A DNA stretch of 64,000 nt from a virus (lineage: Duplodnaviria > Caudoviricetes), in the IMG/VR virus record IMGVR_UViG_3300008952_000039, positions 1,654-65,653 of that record, one strand, 5' to 3'. This document shows, piece after piece, positions 37,101-44,641 of this stretch; the first letter of the stretch is position 1; every line of letters starts with the position of its first letter. The notes under the pieces were generated by a model. It was given only the letters and a program-made list of their open reading frames with translations. It made no database searches and was not told the DNA's origin. Position numbers and translations under genes: made by a program.

Positions 37101-38384
37101 TTTCGCAGATCGGAGTAGGTGTTGGATGGCTACTCTACGAGCCATCTTGGACTGCATAGCTTTCTTGGTAGTCTCTTTCTTACTCTCTTTCTTCTTGTCA
37201 AAGTGTTTCACATTGTCTTCAAAGAAACTGGAATCTTGCTGTAAAAGTAATTCTATATCCTCATCTGTGGTCGCTTCCATCGTGTCAGCGATATCGTGGA
37301 TAAGTTTTTCCAAATCCTTAATCTTGGCTTCGTCTTCGGCTCCCAGCTTCGTAAAGACATCTCCAACAGATTTCACACCCTCTGTAATCGCATTCCAAAT
37401 AGAGTATTCATATAAAGTAGAAGTGTTGAAGGGCAGAGGTATTCCTTTCATACCAAGCAATTGAATAGTCATATTCAGATTTTCTGCTTGTTCAGCAGCT
37501 AAGAAGGCACTGTTTGGATCTCCGAAAATACCCTTCAGTTGCTCCTTAATGCTCTCTTTTTCCTCTTCAGTATGTTTATCGCTTTCATCTACCTGCTTGA
37601 AAAGCTCATCCTGCTTCTTCTTAGTGAGGACTTCCTGTGTTCCCTTAACCGCTGCTCCAAAAACAACGTGAAGTGAATAGCTATTCAGAAAAGCATTGCC
37701 AACAGCAGCAGCCGCAAGACCCGTACCTGCAACAGAACCAAGGGCAAGCGCACCAGCAATACTTCCCGTATAGACCAGACCACTGTAAAGGGATTTCTTT
37801 TCATCCTTTGTGAGAAGAGGCTTCTCACCTTTTGCAAGCCGTGTGGCAACGGTTACGGGGGCTGTGTAAGGTCTTGTGAAATCAACTGCTTCACTAATAG
37901 CAGAATCCCGCATGGATCTCCAGATTACTCCAGCTATCTTTTTAGAGTTGCCTCTCAAGTGGGATGCGCCTGCGGAGAGAGCCTTCTTTCGATAGTCTTT
38001 GTCAAAGACGAATTGCTTTGTAGCAGCAGGGGTGTTCTCCAAGACTTTTCTCATAGATTTGGAAACTTTCTTAGCCTTTTCCATAAAAGAGCTAAGACGA
38101 GAAGTAGCTTCCTTTTCAGAAACAGTATTCTTCTCAAACCATTCTACATCTGCTTTGGAAAAGGAAGCACTACCACCCTTCTCTTCTTCTTTCTTAGGGA
38201 TGTCTTCTTGATCCTTGACCGAGTGATTACTTTTGTCGGCTTTTGGATGTTCCTTTATATATTCTTCCAATTTAAATTGAGAAGGAAATTCTTTAGCTGT
38301 TCTTTGAGCAGGGGTCGTTGTGCGATCTGAAATACCAATCGCATCCATCTCCTCAAAATATTTGCCTAACCGAACAGACATCAA
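33318..38384 (-). CDS. 1688-aa multidomain head-associated protein containing a DNA topoisomerase IB domain
   Basis: Topo IB catalytic motifs in order: ERVGN, FTYTGKSGVDH, AKDLRGFHAN, VGHT..TLKSQYL (about 36360-37060). Located between portal and prohead protease. Confidence 0.85.
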   Translation of the reverse strand: MMSVRLGKYFEEMDAIGISDRTTTPAQRTAKEFPSQFKLEEYIKEHPKADKSNHSVKDQEDIPKKEEEKGGSASFSKADVEWFEKNTVSEKEATSRLSSFMEKAKKVSKSMRKVLENTPAATKQFVFDKDYRKKALSAGASHLRGNSKKIAGVIWRSMRDSAISEAVDFTRPYTAPVTVATRLAKGEKPLLTKDEKKSLYSGLVYTGSIAGALALGSVAGTGLAAAAVGNAFLNSYSLHVVFGAAVKGTQEVLTKKKQDELFKQVDESDKHTEEEKESIKEQLKGIFGDPNSAFLAAEQAENLNMTIQLLGMKGIPLPFNTSTLYEYSIWNAITEGVKSVGDVFTKLGAEDEAKIKDLEKLIHDIADTMEATTDEDIELLLQQDSSFFEDNVKHFDKKKESKKETTKKAMQSKMARRVAIQHLLRSAKYKSKKKVKTQDGDEMTVYEYSERQVQHRDRKKGERIEKLRENISNLRKEYQKDLTSDDERKRMVALVVAVIDCTYERVGNKASADNGHYGVSCLEGKHISFKGSKAVFTYTGKSGVDHEKEVTDSKVVAALKKAAKGKSKDQNIFTYGDEDTCVTGSHVNVYLKPYGISAKDLRGFHANQEMKAKLKEVRSEGGKLPEDSKEREKVLKSEFTKALDEVAKIVGHTSSTLKSQYLVNHLEDTFMKDGTVIKSLDKSSSVRVASLHIAKKTKSEKEDEQAEAFVKQKPKLKPPRYDLRKRHLEEDDEDLKSGVDGDKDLSLKHEDYKRAAVRVAMLWMYAGLKTTPSGKWKAVHESLTNDKNKPVVRYFKDKNKAESWLSSEDEEIEEELDEDENTEDEDTVDEEVEEEVEEEVEENLDESSDAKSDVEEGESDPKKKEEPKKKEEPKKKEEPKKKEENLSPEEQDAAELKALKEENIVEIAALMETIPSMDLSFLAAKNLPTDKVTKKRNDLIKKLKAEKDKKGTDTYDEAKIEKMEKEIADLKEDAVSPETYQKHMIEAIKATVKKFTDTDEVPSKDEVKAAEAALKVKDTSKMSLDEFSAHAKSLAVANAFLLDPMRVGLGEKIQGQKDGDKRSAAAFRQIKKMDKSTVAALQKNLAEKIENTTDKESQEFKQLKAVQAAMDLNKMATKKRGVSAVLMGNVSEGGSDRNINKAIKAMTGSEEDKRDFIRDRIQNHTLQELGEHFPIAKKFAGAAVANPANAEFLKSLVAEYYSNYDGLDEFNDMISASTKSEGDERDESSESIDVAEYQETFSTLMEDIAAELSDEEGSEESEESGSDEEKVLQNMRLGILEKLASLNNGVIKEKHLESLSQHFDHLFGGASFSDYTNCINLALEANQKKAGEVWKVEYPIGEKPWGAKSKKYTKYFKDQEAAQKWVSKTKTSSKIQSLSYTDINIGVGLYQKLRTPNNSIRRNQTMTQISKKSALQVSQTLDRIASVFEANFEALGIPEKIATDFAFRCDLLSDAVEKQADVFKKALDDLDPVLEPGFNPDDVGREVGGPLEGDADEAFMQGEFSRQENRELRDLQESGAVSEVNEEPRPPQAGRQANLDDALSRLSKEAGEVHEIGSLRDSLKICAAKLSASGVSEVKSLAGAADKLVAALDKIRDAMISMEASGEANLGVMAAADRSCNAIGEVLPFLEGLCNSLSAQDSDSPVQQLQMQSMLEGSSSKLEKLVGLAAKIVSSAMSEMGGSDKGAE
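35733..35804. repeat. 18-nt tandem repeat x4 encoding (PKKKEE)4
   Basis: TTCTTCTTTCTTCTTTGG x3 plus one variant copy. A nearby 12-nt repeat at about 35859-35894 encodes EEVE. Confidence 0.9.
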
Positions 38385-38409
38385 ACAATGAACCTCAACC
38401 TTAGATGGT

Positions 38410-38424
38410 CATAAAGACATTATC
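38410..38424 (-). promoter_or_regulatory. Putative late promoter (GATAAT-GTCTT-TATG)
   Basis: Recurrent motif in the short portal/polyprotein intergenic gap. Confidence 0.5.
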
Positions 38425-38429
38425 GAAGA

Positions 38430-40103
38430 TTAGAACCGACCACCGCCCTCTTCAGGCTTCTCATAGTTAAGTCCTAATTTCTCTGCAATAATCTCTATAA
38501 CATCACTGTTCTCAGCCAATTTCTGTGCTGCATCGTTATAGATACTACGAACCATTTCATTGAAGGTAGCATCATTGATGCCCCACAAATCTCTTTCCAA
38601 CTTCAAACGGGTAGAAATCGGATCTATGTTCAATAGCTCCAAAATCACATCAATATCAAGTGATCCCTTCTGATATAGATTGAACAAAGCATCGAAAGTT
38701 TCACTATTATCCCTCAACCCAAGCCTTGTGAAAGACAGAGAAGGATATACGACCTTTTCACCATCTTCCCCTTCAACAAAACCCATTCTCTTACACATAG
38801 GCTTAAACAGTTTTTCCTCAACAAAGTCCTGTAGGATCTCCCGCAGAAGCATATAGCGTGTGTTGATAACTTCCAGATTTATCCTATCACCAGAATACGA
38901 GCTTTCTCCACTCAGGAGGCTTTCAGTCACTCCAAGCCCTGCATATAGCTGCCTATCTGTCAGGTCATACTCAGAGGATAATTCCAATAGACGAGCAGAG
39001 GCTCCCATCTCTTCCCAAGTCACTTGGAAGTTGGTCACAATCGTATAATCAGGATCTTGGAGAGCAAGGTCAACCTGATCTCTCAGAGATTCCGTATCAT
39101 GTTCATCCATATCCTCTGCATAGACCAGCCTGAAAGGGGTCATATGACGAGAGGCAATACTTGTCTGAGCCTGTCTGAGTTTATCTCTATAGACAAGGGT
39201 TCTCATACAACGCTCAAGTATAGAATGTCCTCTTGGTTCATATTGTGATTTCTTTCGGCTCATATAATAGACAAAAGAGCCAGCATCAGGATCTGTACCA
39301 AGAGGGATATTCTGCCCATCACGGATAGAATCCACAACATCTTGAGGCATTGAGTCCACAATCCTCTGAGCCTGTTTATCTCCCATTGAAGCCTTTTCGA
39401 TAATATCCTTGGTCTTACTATCAGGAACCAATTCAATGATTTTCTCATTTGTGAAAGGGAAACTTTCCATGTGAATTTGTTCTGGTGGGAGAATTCTTAT
39501 GGCTGACCAGCCGTGGAAATTCCTCTTCGTCCACCTAACAGCACGTTCATCAGCATCTTCTCTTTTTTCCCACTTCTCAACAGCTTTTCCGTGTTCGTCC
39601 AATTCTCTGATTTGTTCGTGAGTGATGTCCTTGGGCATGTCAGGACTTTCATCCTCAACAAATATATTCACTTCACCAACTAAGTAATAATCGTGAACAA
39701 TCTCTATAAGCCTGTGAAGTAAACCAATCTTCTTAGACCACCTCTGGCAGAATTCCAATGCTTGATTACCAAGCTCTCTGTCCTTAGTATCAGGGTTTCC
39801 AAGCCTGATCTTACTGAGAGGTAATTCTGTATGGAGATCAATAGCCTGTCCAACAAAGGGGTCTGTCTTATAGAAAAACCGATAGTAGTTTCTCTGTTCG
39901 TCCAGAGATTGTGGTAATTCCAGAAAGTCTGTTGATAGCTCTGGAGAATAGAAATTCCCTCCAGAACCTAAAGTGTTTCCAGCAACATTCGGATACCCAA
40001 TTCTACGCATAGCAGAAGTGGTCGCAATTTTACGAGGTCTTCCAATGCTCAATTTCGGTCTGTCAGGAGCCTTCCCAACAACTTTTTCATCATCATTAGT
40101 CAT
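38430..40103 (-). CDS. Portal protein
   Basis: 557 aa, downstream of terL. YRFFY..DPFVGQAIDLH.ELP, PRG.SIL and LYAGLGV.ESLLSG patterns typical of portals. Confidence 0.85.
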   Translation of the reverse strand: MTNDDEKVVGKAPDRPKLSIGRPRKIATTSAMRRIGYPNVAGNTLGSGGNFYSPELSTDFLELPQSLDEQRNYYRFFYKTDPFVGQAIDLHTELPLSKIRLGNPDTKDRELGNQALEFCQRWSKKIGLLHRLIEIVHDYYLVGEVNIFVEDESPDMPKDITHEQIRELDEHGKAVEKWEKREDADERAVRWTKRNFHGWSAIRILPPEQIHMESFPFTNEKIIELVPDSKTKDIIEKASMGDKQAQRIVDSMPQDVVDSIRDGQNIPLGTDPDAGSFVYYMSRKKSQYEPRGHSILERCMRTLVYRDKLRQAQTSIASRHMTPFRLVYAEDMDEHDTESLRDQVDLALQDPDYTIVTNFQVTWEEMGASARLLELSSEYDLTDRQLYAGLGVTESLLSGESSYSGDRINLEVINTRYMLLREILQDFVEEKLFKPMCKRMGFVEGEDGEKVVYPSLSFTRLGLRDNSETFDALFNLYQKGSLDIDVILELLNIDPISTRLKLERDLWGINDATFNEMVRSIYNDAAQKLAENSDVIEIIAEKLGLNYEKPEEGGGRF

Positions 40104-40399
40104 CTTTCACCCCTTCTCTCCCGTACCCTCTTAGGCTTGGCTTTGGTTGCTACTTCTGGTTGGGGGATAGGTTTCACAATAGGTACTTGGTTCAAAAGGT
40201 TCAAGGCTCGTTCCAACCCTTGCTCTGTAGATCTACAGGCCACACGAAAAAGAATATCCCTTCTCTTTTTACCCTGTAAAAGCACAAGTGCAGCCCGTAT
40301 TTCTTGTCGGGCTTTTTTCAGATGTTCCTGTATTTCTTTATTGTAATCCTCTTTAATTAAAGAAGAGTACCTTGATAAATATTTCACTTCACACCCCAA
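40100..40399 (-). CDS. Hypothetical protein
   Basis: 99 aa, ATGA-coupled to the portal gene. Confidence 0.55.
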   Translation of the reverse strand: MGCEVKYLSRYSSLIKEDYNKEIQEHLKKARQEIRAALVLLQGKKRRDILFRVACRSTEQGLERALNLLNQVPIVKPIPQPEVATKAKPKRVRERRGER

Positions 40400-40641
40400 T
40401 CAGGCTTCTTTGAAATTCTACCGTTCTTAAAAGCAATCTTTATGATTTTTTTAAGAGAATAAATATGCTCTGGATCTCCCTTAAAAATCTTCTCCCACGA
40501 ACCACCAAACCGCAAGAAGATGTCGTTTATGTGTTCTATTTCTTCTTGTCGTTCTTCTGCACCATCACAAGAAATACGAATACACTTCTGTATAAACCTA
40601 TGATTAGCTTGTATTGGGGTGATGGGGGAAAGAGTACTCAT
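40384..40641 (-). CDS. Hypothetical protein
   Basis: 85 aa, fills the gap after terL. Confidence 0.6.
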   Translation of the reverse strand: MSTLSPITPIQANHRFIQKCIRISCDGAEERQEEIEHINDIFLRFGGSWEKIFKGDPEHIYSLKKIIKIAFKNGRISKKPDWGVK

Positions 40642-40646
40642 CTAAA

Positions 40647-42470
40647 CTACCGCTTTTTAACCTGTCTGGAAGTATGGCTACCTGATCTAAGTAGCTTTCT
40701 CCGTTGAGAAATCTGAGAGGCAGCTTTCGGCTTGTGTTGAAACCTACCCTTACCTCCCTTAGATATATAGGTACTATTGCCGATTTTCTGGCTTGCTAAG
40801 TACACCATTCTCACAAGAGCATCTGAAAGGTCATCGTGCTTCCCCTTCATATTCGGAGCCTCTACTGTAACAAGGTACTTGGAGTGCTTCGTAGCCTGAA
40901 GAGATAAAAGTTCTTCAATATAATCACAATGAGTTTGTCCTTCTGGTATTGGACTATCATAAAGAGAAATTTTCTGATCCCACATCATATCTTTGAAGGT
41001 CTTAAATATTTCAGAAGAAATGGTCTTCGTCATATGTTTAGCCTTCATTTGCTTTAGCCCTCTTTTGGACAGTGCCTGCTCTAATGGTATTCCAGCCCAC
41101 TGGTCAAACAGACCCTCTGAAATATAAAATCTCTTTGACAGAGATAAAATCCAATCTGCCACATCATCAAATTCCAATCTCTCTTTATCCTTGAAGTCAC
41201 CCTCTCCAGCTTTTATCTGATCAACCAAGTCTACAACAATACAGGGATTTCCCTTCTTAGTCTCAATGTGTCCTATAGCGATAGCTGTACCATCACCAAC
41301 CAATCCAAGGTCAAGCCCTAAGAAATAAGTGGTTCCGTATCTTCCTTGCGAAACTGCTTTGAGAGAAGGATCTATACAAGCCTCTAAATCTCTTCTATCT
41401 TCAATCCAACCTCTGGTTCTGTCTGTAAATTCTCCACCATACTCTGTAAAGAAAACTGTAGTGTCTTTTATATAGTGCTTCTCAAATTCACTGGCTGGAA
41501 CGGTGGGGTTCACTTCCCAAGTAGGTGCTTGTATCGCAAGCATATTACTTGCTGCCTTGCCTCCAGACATAGCAATCTGGAACAATTTATAGAATTGACC
41601 CTGCCTACCTAATGGAGATGAAATTGAGATGATGCGCCCCTCAACTGGGCCAATTGGAATTCGACTATCGTTCACATCTTTAGGTGAAAAAGCAGAAGTA
41701 GAAGGTGTGACCGCATTGTAGACTGCTTCGGCTCCAGATTGACCTTTGTCTGTGAAGTGAGCTACCTCATCTAAAATCACAACCAAGTTACCAGCACCAC
41801 GAAGCCCCTTCGCAACGCAAGATCGAAATGTGATTTTTAATGTAGCTTTAGCCGTAGGGTCATCTGCATATACGCCATACCTATCAATATCTTGTGGAGT
41901 CTGGAATCTGGCATAACTCTGAGTGTTGTTAGCTGTGTAAGGTGCAAAAAACGCACAATTTCTAAAGTGACCGCTCACTTCTTGGTACAAAAGACCTGCC
42001 TGATCCTTATCAGTAGCAACTGAAATGATCTGGATATTATTAGAAGAGGGCAGACCATAGTATGCCTGTGGATCTCCTTTTGAGATTAATTTATATGTCT
42101 CATACGCTGCAATACAAGCACTGAGGGTGGTCTTTCCCGATCTACGTCCAATTGAAAGGATCATTTCCCGTCTTTCTTTACCTTTCTCAACTTTCTTTAT
42201 ATTACAGCGACCCTCTTTAAATAGATGCTCTAAGTATTCTGCTTCTGTGAGGTGTTGGTAATTCTCCCTTCTCCAATCAGAAATAGGGATTGTTTTCACT
42301 TTGTCCTCTAAGGGAATACCATAATGCGCTTTCAAAATTACCTTCTGAACAGGGAAAAGGCGCATACCCAAACCCCAATCACTTTCTATAAAAGTGATTA
42401 TATCTGCTATCGCTCCTTTTTTAGACCCCTTAGTCCGACCAACAGAAGTGGCGATTGAAGACAGGCTCAT
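40647..42470 (-). CDS. terL: Terminase large subunit
   Basis: Q motif (LFPVQ), Walker A GRRSGKT, Walker B VVILDE, ISSP coupling motif, RNase H-like GLDLG and HDDLSDA. Confidence 0.93.
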   Translation of the reverse strand: MSLSSIATSVGRTKGSKKGAIADIITFIESDWGLGMRLFPVQKVILKAHYGIPLEDKVKTIPISDWRRENYQHLTEAEYLEHLFKEGRCNIKKVEKGKERREMILSIGRRSGKTTLSACIAAYETYKLISKGDPQAYYGLPSSNNIQIISVATDKDQAGLLYQEVSGHFRNCAFFAPYTANNTQSYARFQTPQDIDRYGVYADDPTAKATLKITFRSCVAKGLRGAGNLVVILDEVAHFTDKGQSGAEAVYNAVTPSTSAFSPKDVNDSRIPIGPVEGRIISISSPLGRQGQFYKLFQIAMSGGKAASNMLAIQAPTWEVNPTVPASEFEKHYIKDTTVFFTEYGGEFTDRTRGWIEDRRDLEACIDPSLKAVSQGRYGTTYFLGLDLGLVGDGTAIAIGHIETKKGNPCIVVDLVDQIKAGEGDFKDKERLEFDDVADWILSLSKRFYISEGLFDQWAGIPLEQALSKRGLKQMKAKHMTKTISSEIFKTFKDMMWDQKISLYDSPIPEGQTHCDYIEELLSLQATKHSKYLVTVEAPNMKGKHDDLSDALVRMVYLASQKIGNSTYISKGGKGRFQHKPKAASQISQRRKLLRSGSHTSRQVKKR

Positions 42471-43141
42471 TTTTCATTCCTCATACGATTCTTAGCCTCG
42501 TCCTCCCAATCATCCTCTAAGCGTTTTGATAGCTTGGCGAAAACAGTCTCTATCATCTCAGTTCTGAGGTTGCTGTCTTCCATTGCACCCCTAAAAGTCT
42601 CCATAATGAAGCTGAATAACGTCTTGAAGGAATTGCTTTCCAAGTCTACAGAGTGCTGTGAAATCAGTTCCTTCTTCTTTAGATATGTATCTGCAAGAGA
42701 TTTAAGAGCATTAACCCTACGGACTGAGATAGCAGAAGTAGCATTACCACTGCGCTCTGCTTCCTCTCTCTCAAACCCAAGTGAGAAGGCTTCTTCAGCA
42801 AGACCAACCATCACATGATCCAAAACCCTTCCACTATCAGGTTGTGATTTCACTGTTCGTAAAATTGGATCGTGAGATGAGGCTACTCCTTTTTGTCTCA
42901 CTCTTTCCGCAACAACATCATTAGCTGCTGTTATCACAGGAGCCTGTTTTCTGCCGGGTTTAGTATTCATCACATAGGGAGTATCATCCCCCTTCAAAAG
43001 AATTATATCTGTGTCGTGGAGCGAATCCACATCTCTCCACTTCTTTTTCCCAAACTCATCTTCAACTTTAATTCTAAGGGCTTCCTTCGGAAGAGTTTCT
43101 AAAATCTTCTTTTTATCCGCAGGGTCTTTTACAACTTTCAC
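42467..43141 (-). CDS. Hypothetical protein, candidate terminase small subunit
   Basis: Helical, immediately upstream of and ATGA-coupled to terL. GGAGG RBS. Confidence 0.4.
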   Translation of the reverse strand: MKVVKDPADKKKILETLPKEALRIKVEDEFGKKKWRDVDSLHDTDIILLKGDDTPYVMNTKPGRKQAPVITAANDVVAERVRQKGVASSHDPILRTVKSQPDSGRVLDHVMVGLAEEAFSLGFEREEAERSGNATSAISVRRVNALKSLADTYLKKKELISQHSVDLESNSFKTLFSFIMETFRGAMEDSNLRTEMIETVFAKLSKRLEDDWEDEAKNRMRNEK

Positions 43142-43196
43142 AATATCCTCCCACTAATTGAGCATGTAATAATACCCAAAAATAGCAGATCCAAAC

Positions 43197-43778
43197 TTAG
43201 GACAAGGTTACCCCTCCAAAGGCTGTTCCACTGCCAAGCATATTTCCGTCAGTGAGGGATAGAGTTAGGCAAGGGTTTTGACCACGAATAGACTGAGAGA
43301 ATTGAATAAACCCTCCGTGTCTACCATCAAGACAAGTAATAGTAACATCAGTACCAACCGCAACAGCGTTCCAACCGGGAAGTCCAGTACCGTTAGTAGG
43401 GTCATGTTTAATAGCAGCAGCTATATTCGCAGCAATTACAGTATCCGCTGCTGGCGCACCAGAAGTACCAACAGCAAAATGAACACCTGCTTTTAATCTA
43501 TACTTCCCAAGGTAGATTTCCGTAAGGTCGCTTCCTGTTGCCCCTGTCCAAAAGTCATTGTTAGCAACGGTAATCGTAGCAGTAGCATTTCCTGTAGTAA
43601 TGGTTCCATTTCTGGACTTCCCATCAGAGGTTGTAAGGGTGCTGGAAGTAGTCTTGCTGTAAGACTGCGTATAGTTTATGCCGACCTCAGAAGGTGAAGT
43701 GATGCCCGGCACAAGGGTGCTAAAGTCTCCAGCAGAGGAGAGCTTTTTCGCATCTGTAAATGGTGGGTATCTCTTCAT
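43197..43778 (-). CDS. Virion structural protein (Thr/Gly-rich beta domain)
   Basis: ATATITV...IAANIAAAI...A.AVG..VTIT resembles sheath/fibre insertion domains. Confidence 0.55.
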   Translation of the reverse strand: MKRYPPFTDAKKLSSAGDFSTLVPGITSPSEVGINYTQSYSKTTSSTLTTSDGKSRNGTITTGNATATITVANNDFWTGATGSDLTEIYLGKYRLKAGVHFAVGTSGAPAADTVIAANIAAAIKHDPTNGTGLPGWNAVAVGTDVTITCLDGRHGGFIQFSQSIRGQNPCLTLSLTDGNMLGSGTAFGGVTLS

Positions 43779-43787
43779 ATCAAACTC

Positions 43788-44315
43788 CTACTTCCCTGTG
43801 AAAGTCCAATCAGTAAAGGCTGTCTTGTTGGTTTCTTTAACCTCATCCACACTCTCTTCTTCGACTTTCACACGACTAAGTGTTTTCACTTGCTCGTCCT
43901 GTGGAATTTCAGAGGGGGTTGGAGGGGTCTTCTTTGCTGCTTGGGGATCAATGTTAGGGTCATTGGTCAATTCCCTGCTCTGAGCGAATTCCTTGGTTTC
44001 CCTGTAATATGGGATGTCTGCAAAATATCCTTCAGCACCGTCTTCGGCACTATCTTGCTTGGCATCTATTACAAAGGCTCCCCACTTCTTCAAAAGGTCT
44101 TCATTACTCATTGTTTTCTCCTTATCCCCATTTGAATAAAATCGAACCAGATCACTCAGGCTTTGACGAACAGAGGAAATCTTATCCTCAACCCAATCTT
44201 CCATCTGGTCACCTTCGTTGACCTGAGAAGAAAGAAATTGAGCCATATCCAGAATATCTTTCACATTCTGAACACTCATATAGTTTCCGTCTTTGTCTGC
44301 TTTGCGCTCTGGCAT
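43788..44315 (-). CDS. Hypothetical protein, probably head-associated
   Basis: 175 aa with a helical EDWVEDKIS motif. Confidence 0.6.
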   Translation of the reverse strand: MPERKADKDGNYMSVQNVKDILDMAQFLSSQVNEGDQMEDWVEDKISSVRQSLSDLVRFYSNGDKEKTMSNEDLLKKWGAFVIDAKQDSAEDGAEGYFADIPYYRETKEFAQSRELTNDPNIDPQAAKKTPPTPSEIPQDEQVKTLSRVKVEEESVDEVKETNKTAFTDWTFTGK

Positions 44316-44317
44316 AG

Positions 44318-44641
44318 TTAAATGTCTCTATAAAAATAGTCTTTTTCAAAATCATCATTCTGCTGCCTATGAGCAAGCTCACTCAATTCTCTCTGAGTAA
44401 AATGTTCATAGGCTTGTGGTATTGTTGGAAGTCCAATCAAATTAGGGTCAAACTCAGCCGTGGTATCTTCTTCTTCGTCCTCTTCACCATAGCGAAGACC
44501 ACGAACCATCCCACTCGCTGGGCCAAGTTTATGTTCCCCACTTGCTCCCTTTTGATTACTCTTTTGAAGTCTATGAATTGTAGCTCTCAGATAGCGTGAA
44601 GCTATTTTCGCAGCAGAATTTTGCAGGTTGAATGACATCAT
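44318..44641 (-). CDS. Hypothetical protein with N-terminal KIASRYL motif
   Basis: 107 aa, TAATG-coupled to the upstream gene. Confidence 0.6.
   Translation of the reverse strand: MMSFNLQNSAAKIASRYLRATIHRLQKSNQKGASGEHKLGPASGMVRGLRYGEEDEEEDTTAEFDPNLIGLPTIPQAYEHFTQRELSELAHRQQNDDFEKDYFYRDI

Noticed and set aside
40647-42470. Inteins or introns in terL (also checked recA, portal, dnaX)
   Set aside because: Lengths are normal, and I saw no intein terminal motifs or homing endonuclease ORFs.
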